The notes beneath the pieces were generated by a model that saw only the letters and a list, made by a program, of their open reading frames with translations, made no database searches and was not told the origin of the DNA. Position numbers and translations under genes: made by a program. From IMG/VR virus record IMGVR_UViG_3300021400_002728, positions 1 to 37,153 of that record: a stretch of 37,153 nucleotides of DNA. One strand, 5' to 3'. This document shows positions 25,350 through 34,016 of this stretch, one piece after another. The stretch is from a virus (lineage: Duplodnaviria; Heunggongvirae; Uroviricota; Caudoviricetes). Position 1 is the stretch's first letter. Each line of letters starts with the position of its first letter.

Positions 25350-25745
25350 TCAGTTCCTTTCTAATTTATTTATTACATCTTGTGCAATTTGAAACATTGT
25401 CATTTTAGACGTATTATATTCGAGAATAGTTAAACCTTCTTGTTTTAGAAGATTTTTATATTTTTCAAATAATTCTACATCTTCATGATAATTAGTTTTA
25501 GGTTCATTGGCAAGTTTGCATCTAATATTCCAATCGTCTTCATCCACAGTTAAATAGATGATAATAGGCTTATAATCAATTTCATACTCATAGTTACGAT
25601 GATATTTTTCAGAATATACCATCATAGATAATAAGCCTCTATCATGAATGACATACTTATAATTAGATAATTGATTTACATATGGAATTAAAGAGTTCTT
25701 ACCAGATTTATCAATTCCTTCTACTTCAATAAGATAGTTTCTCAT
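25350..25745 (-). CDS. small thymidylate-kinase-like nucleotide kinase (131 aa)
   Basis: IEVEGIDKSGK P-loop, IHDRG motif, PIIIYLTV. Confidence 0.75.
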   Translation of the reverse strand: MRNYLIEVEGIDKSGKNSLIPYVNQLSNYKYVIHDRGLLSMMVYSEKYHRNYEYEIDYKPIIIYLTVDEDDWNIRCKLANEPKTNYHEDVELFEKYKNLLKQEGLTILEYNTSKMTMFQIAQDVINKLERN

Positions 25746-25771
25746 ATAATTAAATAGCCGCTCGTACGGTG

Positions 25772-25807
25772 AAAAAGGTAGTAGACTATGTTATAATCTA
25801 CTACCTA
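25772..25807 (-). terminator. intrinsic terminator
   Basis: AGGTAGTAGA-loop-TCTACTACCT followed by TTTT. Confidence 0.8.
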
Positions 25808-25812
25808 TTAAG

Positions 25813-27126
25813 TTAAACGCTATAAATAATGTTCTTAGATTTAAGCAGTTCAGTAAATGCATCCTTATCAGTAAACTTATTATCTACCCAATCAATAAGT
25901 TCATCCTTATTTTCAATAAGCTTACGAATATCAAGTCTCTCAGGAAGTGTTTCCATAGTTCCATAAGCAATATTCTTAGTAAACTTAAAGTCAGCATCAT
26001 ACATATGCATAGAGAATGCAAAGTGAGTATATGAACCATATCCAACACCAAGCTGATCTGCAATATATTTCTGAAGGAAAATAAAGTATGCAATATCGTT
26101 TCTAAGACCAAAGTTAAAATCATTTGATCTCATAACACAATTACAATCAAGTACATTATCTCTAATCTGATAGTTTAAGCAGATTGTACACATCTCATCC
26201 TTAGTTGTCTTAACATTAGGATTAGGTACATTGATATTAAGAACTGCTCTTCTAGAATAAGGATCATGTTTAAGTAAATCAATAATTGCTTCAATCTGAT
26301 TAAATCCATGCTTCTCCTGAAGAATATATCCATAAGCAGAATTAGCAGTCTTACCATCATCTGTTACTCTATTCCAAAACTTAGAGAATTTTGTAATAAA
26401 GTCAAGATCGTTTCTAGAAGACCAATACCAAAGAAGCTCTGCAGCTACATATGTAAGATTAGTTCCACCAGTCTTAAGGGTGATACATTCATTTCCCTCA
26501 ATATCATCAATAGTGAACTTATAATCAGTAAGTTCCTTAGTAGTTCCACGAGGATTCTGTGAAGGAATAGGATGACCAAAATCAAGAAGATCATTAGCAA
26601 GCTGTCTATAAGCTATATTAGGTGTAATCTTATTGATATGTTCAGCTACCCATTCATCAAGCTTATCATAACAACCCTTCTTAGCTACGTCAATGACATA
26701 AAAGTTCTTATAGTTATACTTGCTAAATTTCTTAGCATATTTCTTAAACCATTTATTTTGCTCATCCATTTCGGCAAGATAATTTTCTTCACCTCTAGCA
26801 ATAAGTCGCTCATTGATAACCTGCATCTTAGAAGTAATAAAGATAATGAAAATATCGTTATTATCAATAATTCGTCTTTCTACTTCTTCAAGCTCCTTGT
26901 TATTCATCTTTGCCTTACGGTCATATACCTTGGGATAAACATATTCTCCTACATGGAATCGATCAAATACTGTAGAAGATCTATAGTCCAATAGATCTAA
27001 GTGATACGCTAAATCATTTCTTGTGGACGCTGTAGAATGCAGAATAGAAAAACCATACTTGTCTCTGATTTTCTCGGCAAGCGTAGTTTTACCAGCCGCA
27101 TCGAGTCCTTCTAGAATTACGTTCAT
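25813..27126 (-). CDS. dNMP kinase fused to a thymidylate-synthase-fold dCMP hydroxymethylase (T4 gp42-like)
   Basis: N-terminus ILEGLDAAGKTT and FDRFH. C-terminus AELLWY, NSAYG, SRRAV, EMCT (catalytic Cys), MRSNDFNFGLRND and SMHMY. The RND Asp sits where dUMP-specific enzymes have Asn. Confidence 0.85.
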   Translation of the reverse strand: MNVILEGLDAAGKTTLAEKIRDKYGFSILHSTASTRNDLAYHLDLLDYRSSTVFDRFHVGEYVYPKVYDRKAKMNNKELEEVERRIIDNNDIFIIFITSKMQVINERLIARGEENYLAEMDEQNKWFKKYAKKFSKYNYKNFYVIDVAKKGCYDKLDEWVAEHINKITPNIAYRQLANDLLDFGHPIPSQNPRGTTKELTDYKFTIDDIEGNECITLKTGGTNLTYVAAELLWYWSSRNDLDFITKFSKFWNRVTDDGKTANSAYGYILQEKHGFNQIEAIIDLLKHDPYSRRAVLNINVPNPNVKTTKDEMCTICLNYQIRDNVLDCNCVMRSNDFNFGLRNDIAYFIFLQKYIADQLGVGYGSYTHFAFSMHMYDADFKFTKNIAYGTMETLPERLDIRKLIENKDELIDWVDNKFTDKDAFTELLKSKNIIYSV

Positions 27127-27153
27127 TTGTTAAAATTCCTTTCTTTTTTGTTT

Positions 27154-27188
27154 ATTATATCATGTATACTTCTATTTGTAAATAGATT
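27154..27188 (-). promoter_or_regulatory. phage early promoter, copy 9 (drives the DNA-modification cluster)
   Basis: AATCTA-TTTACA-N17-TATAAT with TGA extension. Confidence 0.8.
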
Positions 27189-27564
27189 AAATTGAGATTG
27201 CTCTGTATTTTTCTGGATTACGTCTCCACATACAGTAAGCTTCAGTACTAAACCAACCACAAACACCATAGAACATAACATTTGCATTAGGCTCAAATGG
27301 TACAGTTGCAACACTCTGTACTTCGTAATACTTAAGATTCTTAGGATCAATTACATCTGCCTTGTCTTCAGTATATGCAGTTAAGAATTTATCTGCGTCT
27401 TCTCTTGATTTGAAGTAGATTGCAAATCTCAAATCATTCTGTGCTACATCTGTGAACTTGTCATTTTTAGCATTACTTGGATGTGAAACACCAATAAACC
27501 AGTTGTTTTTCTTGTTTGCACGTACTACATACATAGGGTTAGTAAGTTTGATTTCTTCTGACAT
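27187..27564 (-). CDS. hypothetical protein (125 aa), probable paralog of the adjacent gene
   Basis: Shares an AQ....A.xF...E.A.....AY pattern with 27567-27971. Confidence 0.75.
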   Translation of the reverse strand: MSEEIKLTNPMYVVRANKKNNWFIGVSHPSNAKNDKFTDVAQNDLRFAIYFKSREDADKFLTAYTEDKADVIDPKNLKYYEVQSVATVPFEPNANVMFYGVCGWFSTEAYCMWRRNPEKYRAISI

Positions 27565-27566
27565 AA

Positions 27567-27971
27567 TTATTTCTCCTTTTCTGTTAAAGCGTGATAGACA
27601 TCTGTACTAAGAAGTACAAAATGTTCAAACTCGCCGTACTGTAGATACACACTTCTAAATACTCCATTAGAAGCTTTTAACTTATCAGTTTTCACCAAGA
27701 TGAATTTGTTTGTAAATGGAAATGTTACCATATCATAATCAAATTCATAAGGTTCAACTGATATAAACTTACGATTATCTTTGGACATTTTACAGTTTGG
27801 GCTATTTAGATATGCTTCTATTGCAGAAGCAGCCAGGTCCTCTGTCTCAAAGAATAGTGCATAATCAAATTCAGACTGAGCTAATGTTGCAGGTCGCTTA
27901 GAAATGTTTGCTGCTGACAAATATCTACCAGCTGATTGATTAAGCTTTACACAGTAAAATGTTTTTCTCAA
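27567..27971 (-). CDS. hypothetical protein (134 aa)
   Basis: ORF with AAGGAGA RBS; AQSEFDYALFFETEDLAASAIEAY. Confidence 0.75.
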   Translation of the reverse strand: MRKTFYCVKLNQSAGRYLSAANISKRPATLAQSEFDYALFFETEDLAASAIEAYLNSPNCKMSKDNRKFISVEPYEFDYDMVTFPFTNKFILVKTDKLKASNGVFRSVYLQYGEFEHFVLLSTDVYHALTEKEK

Positions 27972-27992
27972 GATATGTTTCTCCTTTGATAT

Positions 27993-29315
27993 TTATTCTT
28001 CATAAGAACTGCCAAGGAATGTTACTTCCTCTCCGTTCTCAAGAGCAGTGTTAATATAGTCCATGCAAAGATCAATTTCTTCCTGAGTCATAGCTAAATC
28101 ATATTTACTACAAATCATCAACCAAGAATAACAATAATCTTCTATATTTATATCAGGAAGATATTCACATGGCCCTTTATCAGACTTACTACGATTAGCA
28201 GAATTAAGTACATCTACACCAACCCACTGATCATAAGCATACGCATTCTTCTGTTCATCTGTCCAATCTTTTGCACCTCGTAAATAAGTAGATTTCAGGG
28301 GGACGATGTGATCGTAATCCACAGTACCGAAGTCATTATCTGCTTTCTTATCATCTAAGTCATGAATGATAGTTCCAGTATATGGACACATATAAGTATT
28401 ATCTTCTGCATTATACCAAGGACTAGTCTTCCAAGCATAATCATTACGATTAACTTTCTTACCATCTAAGGTATAACTTGTAGTAGGTTTCTCATATGAA
28501 TTTCTATCATAATCATCATATTCAGGTAATGTATCAATTACTCGAATAGAATTTGCAAGAACATTGAGGTTATCTGCATTAGCTAATGTAGTATCATAAA
28601 CTAATTCTCCAGTAGTTGCGGTAGAATCACCTTCTGTAGGAGTAGGTTCTACTCTATCAACTTCCCAAGAAATAGTTGCATCTGCATGCCAATTATTACC
28701 TAACCATCTAATGAACTCTGCAGTGTTAGATGATGTAAGTTTAATTTCTTTATCATCGAGAGTGATCTTAATTGATCTTACATAGGAAATTCCAATTTCG
28801 TCTGGAAGTTTAACATCTTTCTTTACAAGATTTCCATTTTCATCAACATAACTGTCATTTCCAGTTTCAGTAGTAGGAGTTCCAGGATCATCAAGTCCAG
28901 GATCTGTAGTAATATCTGTTCCATCAATAGGATTACTTGGATCAGTTATTTCTCCATCTCCACTATTATTACCACCACCAAATGGTCCACCTGGATCGCT
29001 TATTCCAGGATCTGTAGTAAAGTCTGGTAAATCTAAGTTATTTTCACCTTCACCACTATCAGCAACTTGAGTATTATCACCAGTAGGATTACTAAAGTCC
29101 ATACCATTTTGTTCATGTTCATACTCAGGTAGATTTTGAACAATCTTATTTGGATCAGGTAAACTTGGAAGTGTATGTACAAGAGGAGATAAAACTGATT
29201 GTGGATCTCTAAGATGTACCTCGCTCTTAAATGAATTAAGAGTATATCCACCTAGACTTAAGAGGCCCATAAACAGCAAACCCATAAAAAGTATTTTGAT
29301 AATTCTCTTAATCAT
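27993..29315 (-). CDS. membrane-anchored/secreted HNH nuclease (DUF1524 / GmrSD C-terminal-like) with a low-complexity linker
   Basis: N-terminal hydrophobic anchor; Asp/Gly/Pro/Thr-rich stalk; CPYTG...DYDHIVPL...W...NSANRSKSDKGP C-terminal nuclease. Confidence 0.8.
   Translation of the reverse strand: MIKRIIKILFMGLLFMGLLSLGGYTLNSFKSEVHLRDPQSVLSPLVHTLPSLPDPNKIVQNLPEYEHEQNGMDFSNPTGDNTQVADSGEGENNLDLPDFTTDPGISDPGGPFGGGNNSGDGEITDPSNPIDGTDITTDPGLDDPGTPTTETGNDSYVDENGNLVKKDVKLPDEIGISYVRSIKITLDDKEIKLTSSNTAEFIRWLGNNWHADATISWEVDRVEPTPTEGDSTATTGELVYDTTLANADNLNVLANSIRVIDTLPEYDDYDRNSYEKPTTSYTLDGKKVNRNDYAWKTSPWYNAEDNTYMCPYTGTIIHDLDDKKADNDFGTVDYDHIVPLKSTYLRGAKDWTDEQKNAYAYDQWVGVDVLNSANRSKSDKGPCEYLPDINIEDYCYSWLMICSKYDLAMTQEEIDLCMDYINTALENGEEVTFLGSSYEE
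28896..29020. repeat. 17-nt direct repeat encoding the TTDPG units of the nuclease stalk
   Basis: TCCAGGATCTGTAGTAA at 28896-28912 and 29004-29020. Confidence 0.8.
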
Positions 29316-29335
29316 GGTTTGCCACCTCCTTTTCG

Positions 29336-30100
29336 TTATTTATATGTTACATCAATATTGTATAATCCGCCATCATAACCAACAAATCGTATGTCATACG
29401 TATCATACTCATAGAATAGCATAAAGCTATCACTTTTTATAAAGCTGTCATTTACAGGTATTCCAGTAAAATATTCCTGAATTTGCTCAGGTGAACTACC
29501 AAAACTAATCCAGTTGGGCAATGCACAAGTCATAAGTTGTTCATTATAATTACTTCCTGCCTGTAAAGTGAAACCTACACATGTGAGTTCAGTAATAGGT
29601 TTTTCAGTTCCATCCGAAGATCTAAACTTAAATGTAATACTGCCTTCACCAGAAGTAGGTTCAGTCTTAACGTCCATTGATGTAGCACAAATTGTTTCAT
29701 CAACATCAGTTTTAATTACATACTTTCCAACAGATTCAGTATAAAATGATCCGAACTTTTCTAGTAAGTATTCATAATTACATGGAAATGCGACCATCTT
29801 ACCGTCGATAGAAACTGTATTCATATCAAGTACAGAATTCATATTAGGATCATCAGTTACATTGTAATACATGTCTAAAGGATCGGCAATTGTAGGCTTA
29901 ACCTTTTCTTCAGGTTCTTCCACAACAATTACCTCAACCTCATTATTAGAAGTAGTTATTTCTTCTGTAGGCTTATTAACTACTTCATTCTCCGCATAAT
30001 TATGCTCAGGAATAACTTCAGGTTCCTCTTCTTTACCACAGGCAGCCATCGAAACTACCATAAGAAGAGATAGACCTAATATAAAAATCTTTTTCATCAT
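29336..30100 (-). CDS. acidic lipoprotein (254 aa)
   Basis: MMKKIFILGLSLLMVVSMAAC lipobox signal, then an E/P-rich linker. Confidence 0.82.
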   Translation of the reverse strand: MMKKIFILGLSLLMVVSMAACGKEEEPEVIPEHNYAENEVVNKPTEEITTSNNEVEVIVVEEPEEKVKPTIADPLDMYYNVTDDPNMNSVLDMNTVSIDGKMVAFPCNYEYLLEKFGSFYTESVGKYVIKTDVDETICATSMDVKTEPTSGEGSITFKFRSSDGTEKPITELTCVGFTLQAGSNYNEQLMTCALPNWISFGSSPEQIQEYFTGIPVNDSFIKSDSFMLFYEYDTYDIRFVGYDGGLYNIDVTYK

Positions 30101-32061
30101 TTTCCTCCATTCTTCTTACTCTTTTTACGAGTAGGCTTAGTGGCCTTAATTTTATCTTTCAATGCTTCAATAAAAGTAAAGTTCTCATCTTTTTCAGATT
30201 GTAAATCGAACGTATTGTCAACATTATCTACAACAGTATCAATGTTTGCAGATTTGCTACTAATCATTTCAATAAACAAACTGTCAAGCAACGAATTCAT
30301 ACAATATATATAATAGATCATGCAGCTCTCTGTTTGGCCGGTTCTACAAATACGATCTTCAACCTGAACCATATCAGAAGGTACCCATGCATAGTCAATA
30401 ATAATCATTGTATGAGCAGCAGTCAATGTAATACCTACACCACCTGCTTGCATATTTAAGATACATACTGTTTTCTTTTTAGCTTGAAAATCATCAATAG
30501 CTTGCTGTTTTGCTTGATCAGACATACCACCACGAATCTCACAACAAATATCCTTAAAGTGATCTTTGAGTAAATCTGCCGAATCTACAAAATTAGTTAC
30601 AATAACTACACTTTCACCAGCATCTAATAAAGTCTCAGCTAAATCAATTGCAGCGTCAATCTTATATAAACTCAACATCTTTCTACCAGTCATAGCAAGA
30701 CCCATATAGGTATCATCCTCTTCTGGTTCATAAAGACGTTTTTCAATATTTGTATATTCTCTCTTAAAATGAGGATCAAGAGGAATAAACTGTCTCTGTT
30801 TCTTAAGATTAGGCAATACGTCTCTTTTAAGACGTCTAACCATTAAATTACTAAGTAATGCATGTAATTGATCTGAGTTAGAGTTACCAGAGAAGTCTTT
30901 ACCAAAGTAAGTTTCTTTAGGATCACAGAACTTATTAGCAAAGTTAAGAAATGCCCACTTACTATTAAAATCAAAAGCTTCACATTTAAGCATCTTAAGA
31001 ATATTATATAAGTCAAGGTTATGTGAAGGTAATGGAGTACCGCTAAGAAGATAACAATACTCAACTGCGTCTGCAAGTTCAAGTACAGATTTAGCTCTCT
31101 TACTAGTAGGATTTCCCCAATTGTTAACTGCTTTACATGCATGACATTCATCGACAAATATACAGTTAAAGTATTTCTTTAAATCATCTAAGAATTTAAC
31201 AACTGATCCATAGCTAATAATTGTCCAATCTTTACCAAAGTGAGGTTCTTCAGCATTAAGCTGAACCTGAACATCAGCATTAGGGCATACGTTAGTAATT
31301 TCTCGATACCAGTTAAGTCTCAAAGATGCAGGGCAAATAACTAACTTAGGAACATTAGTAAGACTTGCTCCAACTAAAACAGAGATGAATGTTTTTCCAC
31401 AACCCATCTCATGACCGAGTAGAACTCTCTTCTTTTTAATTATTTTTGTAGCATCTTCAATCTGGAATTCATAAGGAGTGAAAGGTAAAGATAACTTACT
31501 CAAATCAATGAGTTGATTAGCAGATTTATTCTGGTAGAATAAACCTGCCTCAATATCATCAATATCATACTTAATCATAAGACGATCAAGTAACTTAGTA
31601 AAGTTATCTAACTGATCTCTCGAAATAGAAATAACTAACTTACTAGGATCAGCTTTACTGTCTACATATTTCAAACAGTTTTTATTCTTGGCTTCCCATA
31701 AGTCAGAAACAAGATTTTTGTCATTTATATTAACTTCATATTCATAGAGTCCAAACTTATTGACTCTACCTGTATTCTTACATTCAACACTTGTAACAGC
31801 TTTCTTATAATCTGTTACAGGATGTTCGAAACCAATAATAGATCCACCATTAGTTGATCTAAAATATTGCATACGAAGGTCTCTTGCTTCAGCCTTTTCA
31901 TCTATAGGATAATTACAAAGGCAGCAAGCAATCAGATATAAGTCATAATCATTTGGATTGTCTAGAGATGCAATCTTAAGCATTGTACGTTCGTCTGATA
32001 ACTTATACAATTTAGCGTCAAGCATCTCCTTATTTTTCTTTAACAAATCTAACATGACCAT
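30097..32061 (-). CDS. SNF2-family (HARP/SMARCAL1-like) helicase/ATPase
   Basis: LGHEMGCGKT (Walker A), FVDECH (DExH), LLSGTP, AGGVGITLT, QVEDRICRTGQ. Confidence 0.9.
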   Translation of the reverse strand: MVMLDLLKKNKEMLDAKLYKLSDERTMLKIASLDNPNDYDLYLIACCLCNYPIDEKAEARDLRMQYFRSTNGGSIIGFEHPVTDYKKAVTSVECKNTGRVNKFGLYEYEVNINDKNLVSDLWEAKNKNCLKYVDSKADPSKLVISISRDQLDNFTKLLDRLMIKYDIDDIEAGLFYQNKSANQLIDLSKLSLPFTPYEFQIEDATKIIKKKRVLLGHEMGCGKTFISVLVGASLTNVPKLVICPASLRLNWYREITNVCPNADVQVQLNAEEPHFGKDWTIISYGSVVKFLDDLKKYFNCIFVDECHACKAVNNWGNPTSKRAKSVLELADAVEYCYLLSGTPLPSHNLDLYNILKMLKCEAFDFNSKWAFLNFANKFCDPKETYFGKDFSGNSNSDQLHALLSNLMVRRLKRDVLPNLKKQRQFIPLDPHFKREYTNIEKRLYEPEEDDTYMGLAMTGRKMLSLYKIDAAIDLAETLLDAGESVVIVTNFVDSADLLKDHFKDICCEIRGGMSDQAKQQAIDDFQAKKKTVCILNMQAGGVGITLTAAHTMIIIDYAWVPSDMVQVEDRICRTGQTESCMIYYIYCMNSLLDSLFIEMISSKSANIDTVVDNVDNTFDLQSEKDENFTFIEALKDKIKATKPTRKKSKKNGGK

Positions 32062-32086
32062 ATTCTCCTATTATATCTTACAATTT

Positions 32087-32121
32087 ATTATATCACGTAT
32101 TCCATGAAATGTAAATAGTTA
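32087..32121 (-). promoter_or_regulatory. phage early promoter, copy 10
   Basis: TAACTA-TTTACA-N17-TATAAT with TGA extension. Confidence 0.8.
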
Positions 32122-32331
32122 CTCGATTTCAAAATTGATCATATTATTCATGCAATCCATAGATGTTACTTCACGATTGAGAATATCACCTTGTAATGCA
32201 GAATCATAACGATCAAAAGCTCTAAAGTTTCCTGGTTTCAAATTTATCTCAGGAATTGATTTATTAGAAGTTACCATAAATCTCTTTACTGTAGATGGGT
32301 TCAAATAGTTTATAGCTTGTCCTAAATACAT
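32119..32331 (-). CDS. hypothetical protein (about 70 aa; start MYLGQ)
   Basis: GGAGGT RBS precedes the ATG at 32331 (track start 32346). Confidence 0.7.
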   Translation of the reverse strand: MYLGQAINYLNPSTVKRFMVTSNKSIPEINLKPGNFRAFDRYDSALQGDILNREVTSMDCMNNMINFEIE

Positions 32332-32395
32332 AATATATACCTCCATTTACCACACATTAGGGATTAGATGTATTGTATAATTTTCTTTATATATA

Positions 32396-33829
32396 TTAAA
32401 TAGCTCTTGTCCCTATGCCATTTTTCATATTTTCTTTAAGTTTTTCTGTGCATTCATTGTATATATTAATAAATTCTTCTTTAGAAAGCTGATTTTTAAC
32501 TACATAAAAACCATCATATACGTTAACACATTTGATTCCTTTATCTAATAACTGACGACGAATCAATATATGTAAGTTTGACTCTAAAGTGAAAATATCA
32601 GACTTAATAAATTTCTTTGTGTTTAATGTTACATACATCGCAGATCGTACAGCTGTCAAAAATGTTTTTATGTCAATATTCAATGCAGTAATAAATAATT
32701 CAAATCTTTCATAGAACTGTTGTTCAGTCTTACTTAACTTCTGATACTTTCTAGGATGTCCAGCATAATATTTATTTAGATATTCCCACTGACTAGCAGT
32801 ATATCCAATAATATGAGGCTTCATATAAATAGGCATCAATACTAACTTGAATGCTTTTCTAAATTTTTCTTTATTTCTACCAGACCAAGGAATGGGAAAA
32901 CCACAGTTATTCCATATTTGCTCATAAATATCATAATCAAATGGAAGTAACTTGTCATGGTTTAGATTATAAGTTAATCGATAAATAGATCCATTAACAT
33001 CGTATTCAGTAATATTAGACATATTGGCCTGAAGCATAGATTTCAACATATCTGTTCTAGCTCTACTACTTCTCCAATAATTGCTTTCATTAATCTTTTC
33101 AGTATGCTCAGGATTAACAGTTGTACAGATTTCATGAGTCAATCTTAAGCAACCTTCTTCTAGATACCTACAAGTAAACTCAGGAAAATCTTTATCCAGA
33201 GTCTTTTTAATATCACAATAATATCTATTTTCTTCTATTTTATCTCGAAGTTTAAGGATCTTTTTGATTTCACTCTTATCTTCTTTAGTTAGATGCTCTG
33301 GTAGTTCTTTTATATCAATGTTTTCAATATCAAGTTCTGCTAGATGTTTATTTTCACTTCGAGCAGTCAAAAATGAGATAAACTGATTAAATGTATCTTT
33401 GTACGTAGAAATATTTCCAAGGATATCAAGCTCAACATGATCGATCATATATTGATTTAATCCTTTTTGATCTAGTACATATACATTCAAAAACTTTATC
33501 TCATCTGGTTCTCCAAGTCTAATTTTCTTATATTTAGGAATTGTGTAAGATTGTTTATTTCCAGTTCTATCTTTATAGTAAATAGATTTACCGGCATTTT
33601 CACGTTCAGCATATTTAAGAAAACCTAAATCTCTAAGCTTTCCATACCATTGATTAGCTGTTTTACGTGAACAATGAAAGTAATCTGCTATAACAGTCTG
33701 TGGAATTGAGAATTCGTTTGAAATTGAACTTCTATTATAATAAGAATACACTAAAATTAGAATGAAAAAATCTTTCATTCCAGGTCTATGTCTAGCTGGT
33801 CTAGATACTATTCTTAGATCTTTTAGCAT
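32396..33829 (-). CDS. HTH-containing protein with polymerase-palm-like motifs (replication-initiator-like, 477 aa)
   Basis: SIPQTVIADYFHCSRKTANQWYGKLRDLGFL winged-HTH-like segment; EYDVNGSIYRL and LESN...KGIKCVNVYDGFYV motifs. Function is tentative. Confidence 0.6.
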   Translation of the reverse strand: MLKDLRIVSRPARHRPGMKDFFILILVYSYYNRSSISNEFSIPQTVIADYFHCSRKTANQWYGKLRDLGFLKYAERENAGKSIYYKDRTGNKQSYTIPKYKKIRLGEPDEIKFLNVYVLDQKGLNQYMIDHVELDILGNISTYKDTFNQFISFLTARSENKHLAELDIENIDIKELPEHLTKEDKSEIKKILKLRDKIEENRYYCDIKKTLDKDFPEFTCRYLEEGCLRLTHEICTTVNPEHTEKINESNYWRSSRARTDMLKSMLQANMSNITEYDVNGSIYRLTYNLNHDKLLPFDYDIYEQIWNNCGFPIPWSGRNKEKFRKAFKLVLMPIYMKPHIIGYTASQWEYLNKYYAGHPRKYQKLSKTEQQFYERFELFITALNIDIKTFLTAVRSAMYVTLNTKKFIKSDIFTLESNLHILIRRQLLDKGIKCVNVYDGFYVVKNQLSKEEFINIYNECTEKLKENMKNGIGTRAI

Positions 33830-34016
33830 TCTAATTTCTTCTCCTTTCTTATTATTTTTGAAAAAAGTTCAAATTTAATATTTTATGTTATGTATATATA
33901 GCATATTAGTGTAACCTTTTTTGCAATTAATCAGACACGCCTTATGCAAGCAAATAATTGCTTACACAAGGCTAATTGTTCAATTGATAGGTCTACAGAC
34001 TAAACCTTCCAACATT

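Noticed and set aside
25813-27126. Ordinary thymidylate synthase (thyA)
   Set aside because: It has RND (Asp) rather than the PFN-type Asn, a gp42-like MRSND motif, a fused kinase and adjacent DNA glycosyltransferases.
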